Assembly (NCBI RefSeq): GCF_036321535.1
Contig: NC_087438.1
Coordinates: 5,706,001 to 5,770,000 of the forward strand
Source of the DNA: Camelus dromedarius
Lineage: Eukaryota
Reading direction: 5' to 3'
DNA: 64,000 nt
Shown: positions 23,501-35,350 of the stretch, one piece after another
How the letters are laid out: the number at the start of each line of letters is the position of its first letter
How positions within the stretch are numbered: position 1 is the first letter of the stretch
The notes under the pieces: generated by a model
Databases searched by the model: none
Seen by the model: only the letters and a program-made list of their open reading frames with translations
What the model was told of the DNA's origin: nothing
Position numbers and translations under genes: made by a program

Positions 23501-25654
23501 TGTAAAGGTTTCCAGAAAGAAAAGTGATGAGGGCCTGTTGTGCTTGTCTCGCTCGTGTGTTCAGTTGAAGAGAGTTTTGAGTGCGTTCCTTCAAGGAGAC
23601 TTGATTTTCGAAAGAAGGTTGTGATTCTGCAGGTGTCAGTAGGGGGCTTGGCAAGATGCTCCTGTGAGCCTCATGTTGGAAGTGTCACCAGGATTAGCGG
23701 TGAGTCAGTAGCGGGTGATGGGAAGTGTTCCTGGCGGGGAGACCACAGAATGAGCTGAGTCTGCAGCATCGTGCAGAAGGCTGGCCCCAAGCACACTGCT
23801 GCTGAGGACCGCTCCTGGGTCACTGGTCACAGCCCTTTGAGGTCGCAAAGGTCTCCCCCAGGGCAGGCAGCCTCCAGGGGCGAAGGTCTGGGCTGGTTAT
23901 CCATGTTACAGAGGTAATGGCCATAAAAAAGAAAACTGAAGAAAGAAATTTACACCAAACAGTGAAGGCTACTGTATTTCTGCACGTGAGAAACTCATTG
24001 GTTATCTTTAGTTTCAGCTTTCTGTTCTGATACATGTAGGAGTAGATGGATTTAACAGATCTCTTTTTATAGACTCTAAAGGCTAGGTCATAAATGGAAC
24101 TCTGTCCACCTAGGAAATTTTAAAGTTAGAGTATAAAATGGTCCCTGGGTTGTTTGTGTTCCTACAAAATAGAGGGGTGAGAAGAAGGAAGGGCTGAGTG
24201 GCTGGTCCCATGAAGTGAAAAGAGGAAACCATAGGGTCTGATTTACTGGTTTTAAGGCTAAATTTATTTAGACAAAACTAGGATTGATGTTACGATCTAG
24301 TAAATACAAGGGTGCACTTTTGTAGGAACACTAACGTTCATCTATGACCCATGGTAAGGAAACGGCTACATGGCGGAGATTCGATGTATTCTGGCTGTGA
24401 AAATTCAGCTGTTCCTAAACAGGAAGATTATTTTCGCATATATTTAATGTGATCTTACATTCCTTGATAATGAATTTAAATTACAAAATGCCCTTGGCTG
24501 AGAAAGGAAATCCTTTGCTCTCCAGCAATTTATACTCAGCATTTGTCAGATAACATCTTGGGGGCAAATAAAAATAGATCCAGGCAATCCAAATCACTTT
24601 ATGTAATTCCATTACGTAATTGCAGCGGGTTATGTAGTAGATTAGAATTAAGCAGCATATGAGCAGAAATATTAAGTTATTATGCTGATTCAATTTTACC
24701 TAATACTCCCTTTTTTTTTTAATGTGCTGTATGTAGCAGCAATCTCAAAATAAATGAGTTTAGCTGGAATACAATTCCTGTGATATAGAGAAATAAAAAT
24801 CCCTATTCTTATTGCTTCCATTTAAATACATATTAGATTAAATTTCCAGTTGACCTGCTCTATCAATAAATGCACAAATCTGGAGAGAGATTTCCCACGG
24901 GCAGCCTTAGCTTTGATTCTTTTTCAATGTAAAGCATATTAAGAAGTGAGGTTAAAGAGGGCGAGAAAGTAAAGAGAGTAACTTCCGTTATTCCTCTAAG
25001 GGGCTGATAGACACAGCAGAGTAAAAGGGTCCCAGACGAAGGCGGGCCAGCCGAGGTCATGTTGTCATGTTACATAATGTTAGGCAAGCGTGCAGAAGGC
25101 TTGCCTTGGGCATGAGGTTGATTTTAAGTTTTACTCCCCAGTTCTTTGTTCTTTGCAGTGAGTACAATCTTGGTCCATGTCCTCAAAGACACACAGCTCA
25201 AACCACCTGGCTGCTTAAAGCTGGCCCTGATCAAAAGGTTATAGCAAATTGGTTACTGAATGAATGAAATCCTTGCTGAGCAAGTAACTGACAGCTGATC
25301 AAACCACGTATTAAGGGGTATAAACGCAAAACGAACTAAGCATTCAGTTCAGTGGATTTGAAAGGCTCAGTCACAGAAGCTGAAGCGGAACAGAGTGGGG
25401 GCCCTGTCGGTACACGGACCCTCTCCCCCTATGGAGACGTTCGCTGCTGCTTAATATTCCCATGTGATCTTAGTTAGTCGTTGTTCATATTATACCAGAA
25501 GCCGAAGCCGGTTCTGGATATTACAGGACAGTGAATGGCACCTCAGTGACTTTGGAGAATTGGTGATGCTACGCATCTATTCTGTGTTAGAACAGGGGCT
25601 CCATCCTGGGGAGCTTCGAGTTCACGGCCTTCGTGGAGGAACCCTTGGTTTATC

Positions 25655-25822
25655 TGGAGGCACAGCCTGCATCCCAAGCCAGGACATCGTTCCATCACTA
25701 AGTAGCTGTATGAGCTTAGGAAAAGCCGCTTGAAACGCCTCACGTCTCATGCCTCAGGTTTCCCACCCCTAAATGGGAGCTCAGAGATCTGTTTTCCTAG
25801 AATTAGGATGATTAGATGAACC
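25655..25822 (+). mobile_element. MIR SINE
   Basis: 'CACTAAGTAGCTGTATGAGCTTAGGAAA...GCCTCAGGTTTCCCACCCCTAAATGGG'. Confidence 0.65.
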
Positions 25823-26287
25823 TTAACTCTGAGGGGACATGTGAGAGGGAGAGCCAGGCTGAGGAGGCTGCAGACGGGAGACAGGGAAGGAGTCCAGAGC
25901 ATCGAGCTGAACAGACAGTACAAGAGGTGGGAGAGGTTGGAAACAGGCAGGAGGCCGACAGAAGCCGGGAAAAGATCTGTGAGTGTAAATTACCTGCCCT
26001 CCTCCTCCCCTGCCCTCCTCAGTCCCTGGCCGCCGCACACCCAGGAGCAGGCATGTGTGAAGAGGAGCCACTGCGACCCGAATGGGTGGGAACGTCTTGC
26101 CTGGTTGGTGCACAGGGACCAGCTGATTTGAGGCCAATTACCTGAAACCCGTTGTATTACGGCAAAATGGCCTATTTAATGGCAACTTACGGTGCATAGA
26201 ATAGATAAGAACTTTTATAAACATCTTTTAAACTAAACACGTGTGACTACTTGTAAGAGAACTGGTTAAAACCAAATAAAGGCTTCT

Positions 26288-26470
26288 CTATAGCACAGGG
26301 AACTACAATATCTTGTAATAACCTATAATGAAAAAGGATATGAAAAGAATATACATATATATGTGTGTATAACTGAGTCACTACGCTGTACGCCAGAAAC
26401 GGACACAACAGTGTGAATCAACTGTACCTCAGTTAAAAACAATTAAAATTGAATAAATTAAAAAAATAAA
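26288..26470 (+). mobile_element. 5'-truncated Cetartiodactyla-type LINE-1 3' end with A-rich tail and degenerate TSD
   Basis: 'TATAGCACAGGGAACTA...ATATCTTGTAATAACCTATAATG...GCTGTAC...CACAACA...TCAACT' is the artiodactyl L1 terminus. Flanks are AAACCAAATAAAGGCT (26269-26284) and AAACTGAATAAAGCT (26468-26482). Confidence 0.88.
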
Positions 26471-26799
26471 CTGAATAAAGCTAGACTTCACTTAGACCGT
26501 GACATTCCTGTCATATGAAGAGCCAGCAAGAGTTTCCTAACCTGGGTAACCTGCGAAATCGGCCGCCCTGTCGCCTCAGAGGTGGCTTGGGTCCTTCTGC
26601 TCACCTCGTGGTTTCTGTGTTACTGTTTCCAGGCGGAGGGCTAGTGGGCTGGTATTGCTACAAGCGAGGAACGGACTTGAAAACTCCTGCTGGAACATTC
26701 TCAGGTATCAGGCATCAGCCCTCAGTGTTTCTTTATCTGGAAGCTCATTTTGTTGCCAGCCCTTTTTTTAAAAATTTTCTTATTTCTATCTTGACTCAC

Positions 26800-27080
26800 A
26801 GATCAAACACTGACTGAGGGTCTGTGATAGAGTGAGTCTATGCACCTTCAAAGGTAAATAAAACAAGGTCTCCTGGGAGGAGTTGGCCACCATCCACAGA
26901 AGGGGACAGACCGGTAAACAGGTTTTCACGTCACTGGGACCATGTGATGGTGTCATATGCAGACAGTGCAGTGGTAGAACATGGGTGACCTCGTCTAAGT
27001 CTGCCGTGGTCAGGGACAGCTCTCTGAGTTCTATGTTGATGTATCTGAAGGGTGAGGAGGGGCTGTCCAGGTGAAGGGAG
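26800..27080 (-). mobile_element. L2 fragment
   Basis: 'AACACTGACTGAGGGTCTG...AAATAAAACAAGGTCTCCTG...GGGGACAGAC...TAAACAG' resembles the antisense L2 3' end. Confidence 0.55.
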
Positions 27081-28374
27081 GGCGGTGACCAGGGACAGGG
27101 AGCAGCCACCCCTGTATCAAGGGGAGAAGGAGTCTGTCTTTTAGAAACTGGAAATCCTTCCTCCTTCTCTCTCTCTCTCTCTTTCTCGATCTCTTTCCTC
27201 CTGGCCCTGCTTTTTTGTTTAAAGATACTTTATATTTATATTAATCGTTACTTTCATCAGAAACACCGTTACATCATTATAAATGAATACAAGTATACTG
27301 ATATTTTTATTGCGAGTAGTGTGATAGAAATGCTCTCTTATTTTTAAAGTCTTGGCTCAGCTTATTTTGATCCTTGGTTTTAATGGTGGCTTAGCTAGAA
27401 AAATGCCTGACAAAGAAGGGTACATCCAAATGGAAGCAGTGCCTCACGGGATGCACTTCCTGAATCACGTTTCCACCTTACTCATCAAGCAGGCAGAGAC
27501 CTTTGTTGAAACCTGACTGGTACATGCCCATGTTGCATCATGCCCTTCACTTACTTTTGCAAATTCCCTTTTGCCTTTAACACATCCTGAAAACCCAGGA
27601 CTTCTGTGGAAAGAAGAAGCATCCTGTCAGAGCTCTCACAGCTCAGGAAGCAACTTCCCACACAATTCTCCCATCTCAAGCATTTCTCAGCTGCTTCTGC
27701 TCAAAACAGGCTCCAGTTGGTTCAGATGGTGGCAGATCTGGTCCTCTGAGTCCCCAGTGGACCGGCTGATTGTGGGGGCGGGCGGGCGGGCAGGCAGCCT
27801 CTAGGTGTTCACCCTGCTTTGCCCAGGAGTTACACCCACATCATACACACACTGCAAACCCCATTCCCCTACTCGGACCAGAGAAACCGGGAAGCAGGAA
27901 AATCAAAGGCAGAGCAGACGTGGGAGGACACAGTGGGGAGCCGGGGCGGGACAGCCGCGAGGGGAGCAGGTCCTGTGTGCCGTGGTCCCGGCGGTTTAGG
28001 AAACAGCTCGCAGTGTGCACTCGACGCTGCTTCATTACCTACCATCTTACAGAAAAGAAAGGAAGGAAAGAAAAAGGAGGAAAAAGAAAGAAAAAATGTA
28101 GGAGGAAGAAACAAAGGACTGGTCAGTACCCAGAAGAGTGCTGGATGCTTTCGTATGTGTTGTGTTTTTAATGAATCACAACAACCTTCGGAAAAAAGCA
28201 CTGTAACCCACAGCTTGTGGCTGAGCAAACAGACTCACGGCAGAGAACAAAGAAACGCTACTTCGTGAAATTCTGGTTTCTCATCTTTAAATGGTTTCAA
28301 CAGTAATTATTAACATTAAAATATGTAAGAGGGCAATTATTTCTCCTACACTAGTGATTAACATACAAATATAC

Positions 28375-28476
28375 ATACTACACAAAAGTATGCATACTAT
28401 AAATATACATAATTATATAAGTATAAATATAAATGCATATATATATGTGCATATAAATGTATATAAATATAAATAA
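28375..28476. repeat. AT-rich degenerate (TA)n repeat
   Basis: Read directly from the sequence. Confidence 0.75.
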
Positions 28477-29604
28477 ACGTACTGTAATAAAAAGTTCCAT
28501 GTAGGTTCAGAAATAAGAGAAGAGTAAATTTACTGTTTAAACCTACAGAACTCTGGTTCCTAAAGTGGTAAAAAACTCCTGACAGAGATGCTTCATTTAT
28601 ACTGATGAGTTCATCTTGCCTTTCCATAGAATATGGGACCAGTTATTTGTTGATGTATTTAAATCATAAAGTGTTTATATTTTTGAGCATTTAATATAAA
28701 AATTTTAAACTTAATTAAAAATTTTCTACAGAAACTAGAAATCATTGTGTTCTCAGCCTAAAAGTCACGGCTTTTTAATATCCCTGTTTATCTTTACACA
28801 CGTTAGACAGTGTTACTTTCACGTTCAAAATATATGAAGAAGGCCAATTCGGATTTCTGACCCAGAAAAGATCAATATTAAGATTCACAGAGTGTAATCC
28901 AAACTCCATATTGACTCAGAAACATGGCCAAAAGTAACATCACTCTTCAATCCACTGAAAGCTTGTTCCTAAAATGATGACAAACTCTTGAGAGACAAAG
29001 ATGTTTAGTTTATGCTGGTGAAGCTCACCTTGCTTTGGCAGGGCTCCGAATACGACCTGATTTATTTAAATAGTGGATTTAAAGTTTTAGAGTATTTAAC
29101 ACAGGCTGGGTTACTACAAAAACTAGAAATCCCTGGGCACGTATTGTGCCCACAGCCTAAATTTCTCAGGTAATTAAAAAAAACAATGATAGGAGAAGAG
29201 ACAGCACGCAATTTACACCAGACTCGTTCTGAAAGTCCCCCTTCTCGGCCGGTGGCACACTTGTTTACAGGCCTGTGGGTGATGGCCGTGGGTCACATCA
29301 CAAGAGGACATAAACTGCCTGTGGACACTCGCTGCTCTGTCCCCTCCCCAGCTGCGAACCCTGGTTCTACTGTGAGGCCAGGACCCTCTGAGGAGCAGGG
29401 AAACATGTGCAGCTCGATCTGGGGCTCCCACACCCAGCACAAGTCCAGACCAGCACAGCCAACCTGTAGACATATACACACTACATATACAACTTCCTAA
29501 TTCTCTGAGAAGTGGCGCCCGGCGTGCTCCCAGCTCCATGTACATCAGCTTCATGATACAAGCAGGGCAGGACCTCCACCCACCTCCTTTCCATCACTGT
29601 TCTA

Positions 29605-30300
29605 GGAAAGTGGAGACCTGGCATATTTGAAGGGCCACAGACTAATCAATAAGCCTGAGGCAGAGAGCTGATGGAGGGGAAAGTTAGAAAGGTGGAAATA
29701 ATATTGTAAAAGGTCCTAAGTCCCTGATGGTGAATGTCAGGGTTTTCATGAGGAAATAATGAGTACTTACTGTTTTGTGAACCTGGGGGGCATGTGGTGA
29801 TCACAGTGGAATTCTGAATTGGCTGCAGCAGGTTGGATAGATGTGTGTTAGGGAAAGGGAGGAGGAGGCTGGGAGGCTGGGAGGGAAGCTGCAGGGATAC
29901 TAATGAAATCGGGGTTAGTTAAGGAACAGTTGCAATGATCCAGGTATCAGGGTGGGTGGCACGTGTTGGTAGGAAGAGTAGAAATGACAGAAGGAGCAGA
30001 GAACATGAAGAATTCTCCAGACGTGGAGATGGGGAATGCAGGGGAATACTGAATCAAAAGTGACTCCAGTGAAGGCAAACCCTCGAAACGTGCAAACCCC
30101 TAACACGAGTGGAGGAAATGACGATGTGATTGGCAGACCCGGGGCTGTGGGAGGAGCTGGGCAGCCTCAGTCGCTGACGTAGGAGGAGGAGAGGGTCTAC
30201 CCACCAGTCAGGCCCGCAGGACTGAGGTGGCCCCTGCTGGGGTCAGGAACCAGCTGGAACCCGGGATGCTGTGGGCGTGGGTAAACCGTCCAGGGGAGGA
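29605..30300 (-). mobile_element. L2 fragment(s)
   Basis: G/A-rich with antisense-L2 motifs ('GCATATTTGAAGG', 'GTTAAGGAACAGTTGCAATGATCCAGG', 'GAATCAAAAGTGACTCC'). Confidence 0.6.
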
Positions 30301-30864
30301 AACGGAGAAATAAGAGGGGGCCTTGTTTCTAGCCCAAGGATGCGCAATGGCACATCACAAGTGTTCAGTAAATATTTAGGGAATGATCTAATGCGTGCCA
30401 TTGTTTCTAAATTCAGTCTTTTAATATTTTAGGTCTGAATAAACCTCTGTTGGCTAGGGCTGTTGGGTTGCCCACCGTACACAGTTATGGTAATGACACC
30501 AGCAGGAACAGCCGCATCTCTTGCAGCTTCTAACACTCGATTTCCAAATGCGGGCTGTCTGCTGCGTGAGGTAACACGTCCCATTCCTGTCATTCAACCC
30601 AGAAGCCCGGGGACTAGGACCCGCCTGGCGCACAGGACAGACGGACCTCCACGCTGTTCAGCCACCTCGCCCAGCAAAGGCGGCTCTGACCACGGTCATC
30701 CCGCTGGGACTTTCTAGCTGCACAGAAAGGACTTCCCTCCTTTCAAAAGATAGGAGGAAAAAAAACAACCACGAGGCCATAAAAAAGTCTACTTTAAGAA
30801 TTCGAGATTGTAATGAATTTCACAAATGAACTTTATAGAAAAAAAAAAAAAAAGTCAACTCTCT

Positions 30865-31480
30865 CCGGCGAAGCTACTGCCTGTAACGGCGGATGCAGCT
30901 AAAACCCGTCGCCGGCCCGGCGCTCGGCGCGGCTGCGGCGCTGCGGTGGACCGGGCGGCGCGGGCGCCCTGGGCCCGGGGGGCGGCGGCGCGGGCGGCCA
31001 GGCTCCGGGCCTCTCCCGCCCCTGTCGGCGGGGCCGCGGGCACCAGGGCCCCGGGAGGCTCGGCCACGGGGTCCAGGGCCTCATCCGACCCCGCGGCCCA
31101 GCTTTCTCCGTACAAATGCGTCGAACGGCCCAGGGAGCCCATCGCGCCCTAAAAGCCGTACCGACTCCGTTCCCCCTCCAGGGCCGGGTCCGGAGGCGCC
31201 CGGCGTCCGCCAGGGGCGCGCGCTCTCGCGGAACCGCGGGGGCCGCGCCGCCGCCCGCAGCCGGCCGTTGACGGAGACTCAGCGCGGCCTCGGGTGTGTC
31301 TGCGCTCCTGTTTGGTCAGTTAGGGCCCCGTGTATTTCAAGCCAATGAAGAAACTTGGGGCTTGTGCTCAGACCTGGAGGTCTGTCTACACCCGCTAGTA
31401 TGCGTGCAGAGCGGAGCCCTGGCTGGTGTCAAGGAACGTGCGATGCCCAACGTTCCAAGGAGGTGCCGTCCACCGGGAGT
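30865..31480. promoter_or_regulatory. CpG island (core about 30865-31310) with no recognisable associated gene
   Basis: Very high G+C and dense CpG, unlike the rest of the window. Contains GC boxes (GGGCGG), TCTCGCGGAA at about 31224, CCGCCAGGGGCGC at 31207 and a CCAAT box AGCCAATGA at 31340-31348. Confidence 0.88.
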
Positions 31481-31809
31481 GGCGCTAACATCAGACATCA
31501 GGGCATCCTTTTATTATAAGCGTCTGTTTGCTGCTTTTAGACACCGATTTGCCTCTCTTGTCCTAAAGAAAAGACGTTTGTTGAATGAATACTCCATTCA
31601 CAGAAATCTAACTGAATTATAATTCGGCCCATAGGACACATCAATATGAAGGCTGACAAAAATAAACTAACAATCACATACAAAAATCAATGCTATTATT
31701 AAGTTTGCTGTATTTATTTCTGAAACACAGAGATTCTTAATTCATAAAAACAAGTTACGGAAAATACGGAGAAATGTTTCCTGTCTCTATCTGTATGGCC
31801 TCTACCTGA

Positions 31810-31972
31810 CAAGGTTCAAGCCTCAGATCTGCCGCTTATTGCCTACAGGATCTGAAATTTGCTCATCTATAAAATGAAGATAAATGTAACTTTTATGTAG
31901 AGTAAATAAAATATGGAATAGTATTACGACACAGTCTGGAATGTAGTAAACATACAATAACTGTTACTATTT
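31810..31972 (+). mobile_element. MIR SINE
   Basis: 'GGTTCAAGCCTCAGATCTGCC...TTTGCTCATCTATAAAATGAAGATAA...ACAGTCTGGAATGTAGTAAACA...AATAA'. Confidence 0.72.
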
Positions 31973-34699
31973 TAAGGTAAAGGGCCAACTGGCCTAAGAT
32001 CCTGCTGAGGGAGAGACAAGTGTATGGGCGGCAAGGGCCCAGGAGAGCTGTCAGGTGAGGGGGCTGCGCTCAGGTTCTGTCCATCCCTCAGGACCAGAGG
32101 GAGCAGCCCTCCCACCCTGGCAGCTAGATGCTGCAGGGCAGAGTCTGGCCACTGGAGTGAGGGAGGGTGGTGCAGCCCCAGCAGCACTCAGAGACGGCGA
32201 GGCCGTGGAGCTGAGGTCTGAGCTTTGTGTGGACTTTTTCTCCCTGAGACCTTCCTTATTTTCAAGAGGGCAACTTCAGACCACAGAGAAGATGTTGTCC
32301 TTGACATAATCATTATTTGTTCCATTGCTCAAAAATAAGGACATGATTTTTATGCCACTTAAAAAAACCAAAACCGAAAAACCTCTCTCAAAGTAGCCAG
32401 AACATCCACATCTAGCCTAGTAGGAAACCCTGAGCAATCCCAGGTGGAATACAGCCTTTTCCCAGAATCTCATCAGAACCCAGAAACAGAGAGAATGAAA
32501 AAGCTGGGTGCCATGCTCCTCCATCTCTCAGACACGTTTCCGTTGTGAAAGGGCGAAGTAAATTTCAACAGAAGAAAAATATGATGCTACCAGCAAATTG
32601 ATCCACAGGCTTCTAGCTTGGCTTCTTATAAGGAAATGGCGGTGGGTCAGCCTTCTCCAGCTCAGCGGCTCTGAGGAGGCATCTCTGGGAAGGACTGCCT
32701 GGATCTGCGATGCCTTCTGGGACATGCATAGAATCGGCATCTCTGAGAAGTTAGGTGACCCCTATGGGATCCAAATTTCAGAGCCCTCTTACTGTGGGCT
32801 CTGACCCCTCGAGCTAACTGGCCATGCACAGACAGCACAAGGTGGACAGTTTTCTTTTTACCCATTTTGTAATATTTCTAGTCAGTCCTTACACAATTCA
32901 GTGTTGACCTGAAACTAATGGACATATACAAGCTTCTTTAGGCACATTTCTATAAGAGCATAAATGAGAGTGAACCCTACAACGTAATTCAACCTTAGCC
33001 AGATTTCCACGGTGAGCACAGCATATGAGGTGTGCTAGTGGAGGGGGGGCACTGAGGGCCATCACTGAAGGGGATGTACATTAAAAATGGCCTATTTCAT
33101 TTTGTTAACTTGCAAAGCCTAATTAAAATACTCTGACGTTCTCTTACTTAAAGCTATATACTGTTTTTAAATTAAAGGAAATAAATCTGTGCAGACTTTT
33201 CTCCCACGGCAATGCACATCAGAAGCCTGCAACTATGCTTAGCATCTTCCTTCTTTAAAAATGTTTTTCATAAGCAGAAGCAATAAACCTATAACCTCTG
33301 GGATGTCAGATCCATCCTTATTCATACAGAATGTGTGGTTGATGAAGATGGAGAAGTCTTGTTTTAGTTTATCCTAAGGCATTGGTTAAGGAATGCAACA
33401 TCCGGAGAATGATGGAGAGAGGCAGCCTTCATTTCAAGAAAAACCCTCATGATCTAGAAATGTCACTGGCATTAAACTCCCAAGGGTCCTGAGCCACCTC
33501 AGAGCTCAGATGTCTTTGTGCAGATCCCACATGGGGTCAATCTCTCTGTGCCTGGGGAGACGGTGCCTCTCAGATCCAGGGTGGCTTCAATGACTGTGAG
33601 GTTTAAGGCTTTTCCAAAGATCCCTGGGTGATCCTGTGTAGTGCCTGTTAAAGAAAGGATTCGCAGCGCTGGTGGGGTTCCCGAGGGCCAGTTCAGGAGA
33701 GAAGCTGGGAAGTTTGAGACCGGCTTTATTGAATTATTTAAATTTCAATCCTCTTGGAGATTAGAAAACAAACTGGTGACAGTTAGGGTGTGTGTCAGAA
33801 TTGCTACGCTGGAATTATAACCGTGCATACCAACAGGTGGAGTAGTTGCTACATACTGGTTGATTTTGAAAGCCCAGAGAGTAAGAATATTACATTGCTA
33901 TTGCTACTATGGCCAAGGAAACGCGAGCAAGTGGGCAGCTGGTGATGATTTACTGAAATGATCCCGTCTCCACATTCTGAGGCAAATGTAGCCACACCGA
34001 CCTGTATCCTCACAACCCCACAGACCAAAGCAATCGTGTGACGATGTGGCCACCTTCCAGGCAGTCCCGTGACCTGCCATCAAATGGGGCCTTCATCTTC
34101 TTAGTCTGATTGCCGGTGACTTCTGACAATGCTACCAAAAAATTATCTCAAAATAGCTTCCAGCAATTCAGTGAAACAAAACCCCTCTATTACCAAATTC
34201 CACAGCAACTCTCCCAAAATGGGATTTGATCCTTTTTTTGTACGTTAAGGAAATTAAGTAACATAAAACAGGAAGTCTTGTTTTGAACCGCCACCGGAAA
34301 TCCCTTTCACTCCTCCTGGCAGGTGCCATCTGAGCTCTTGCAAGGCTGTTATTTAAATAAAATGTAATAAGAAAGCATTGCCGTATTTGAACTGTCATGT
34401 TTTTCTACATAATGACATTAGTTACGGTTCCCCCTTACGTGAAGCCACAGGGCCCCCTAGAATGACTCACTCAGTATCCCAGGAATTGTACCAGCTCTCA
34501 AAGCCCAGACACACGCGGGGCTCATTGTAGATTAATTATCCTGCACGATGGGTGGGACATGGAGCTAGAGAGTATGAATCTCTGTTGAGCAAACTGTTGG
34601 TGCTCTGTGATTATACCCCCCAATTCTGTAGCCCTTCCCACCAGAGAGGGCAAGGCGGGGGCACCCTGTTACCACAAGGAGTAAGAAAACTGTGGGCTC

Positions 34700-35350
34700 T
34701 CACTTTCCTGGGGCAGTTCCCTGCAGGAAGCCTGGGCTGGGGCGTTGATGAAGGCGCCCTAGATGTGGGGGCCCAACGTGCCGACCAAGCGTGGACCCCC
34801 GGCTCAGGGAGGACTCCCGCCGGGGCGCGGCCAGAGCTGAGGGGCCCCAGGCCTCTCCCGGGGGAGAGGGGCTGGGAGTAAGGGGCGGCAGAGGAGAAGA
34901 GGTGTTCCGTGCAGGCAGACGGGTCCCAGAGAGAGGCAAGACGGCGGATCTGACTGGGTTTTGCTCTCACTTATCCGAAAGGTCACTTCTACTCGCCCAT
35001 GGAGAGCGAGTGATGAAGGCGATGGAGACAAAAGAGGAGTCTTACTCCAAAATCTACCTTCACATGAGAGCAAACACCAAGGGTGGGTGTTGAATGTTCA
35101 CCCCTCCCATGTCTACCTGCCCCCACAGTGTTCTCCAGCCTCCTCTTCTCTCAGCTTATGGAGGGTAGTACAAGCGCCCGCCTGGACTCAGGTGCGGTTC
35201 TCTTTCCTGGGCGAGGGGAGGAACAGCGCACCAGCACAGTCCTACTCCCTCCTTCGTGAGCCCATCTCCCTGACGTCAACCCTGCTTCTTAAGGGAACTC
35301 CGCTAGGTAGTCTACCGGAAACACTGGGGGACAGCACGGACCTGTCCCTC
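34700..35350. promoter_or_regulatory. Weaker GC/CpG-rich patch with a full CRE palindrome; candidate regulatory element
   Basis: Elevated G+C and CpG at about 34740-34950, GGGGCGG at about 34882, and TGACGTCA at 35271-35278. Confidence 0.4.

Noticed and set aside
24648..24676. AGCAGCA...AGAAATATT resembling the miR-15/16/195 family
   Set aside because: Spacing does not match the mature miRNAs and no complementary hairpin arm is visible.
30421..30576. Possible + strand exon (TTTTAG at 30432 to GAG|GTAACA at 30571) just before the CpG island
   Set aside because: Weak, A-interrupted pyrimidine tract and mediocre donor, no better than chance.
30826..31348. Ala/Arg/Gly/Pro-rich ORFs across the CpG island
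   Set aside because: Open frames on both strands are expected from extreme G+C, and no recognisable protein is encoded.
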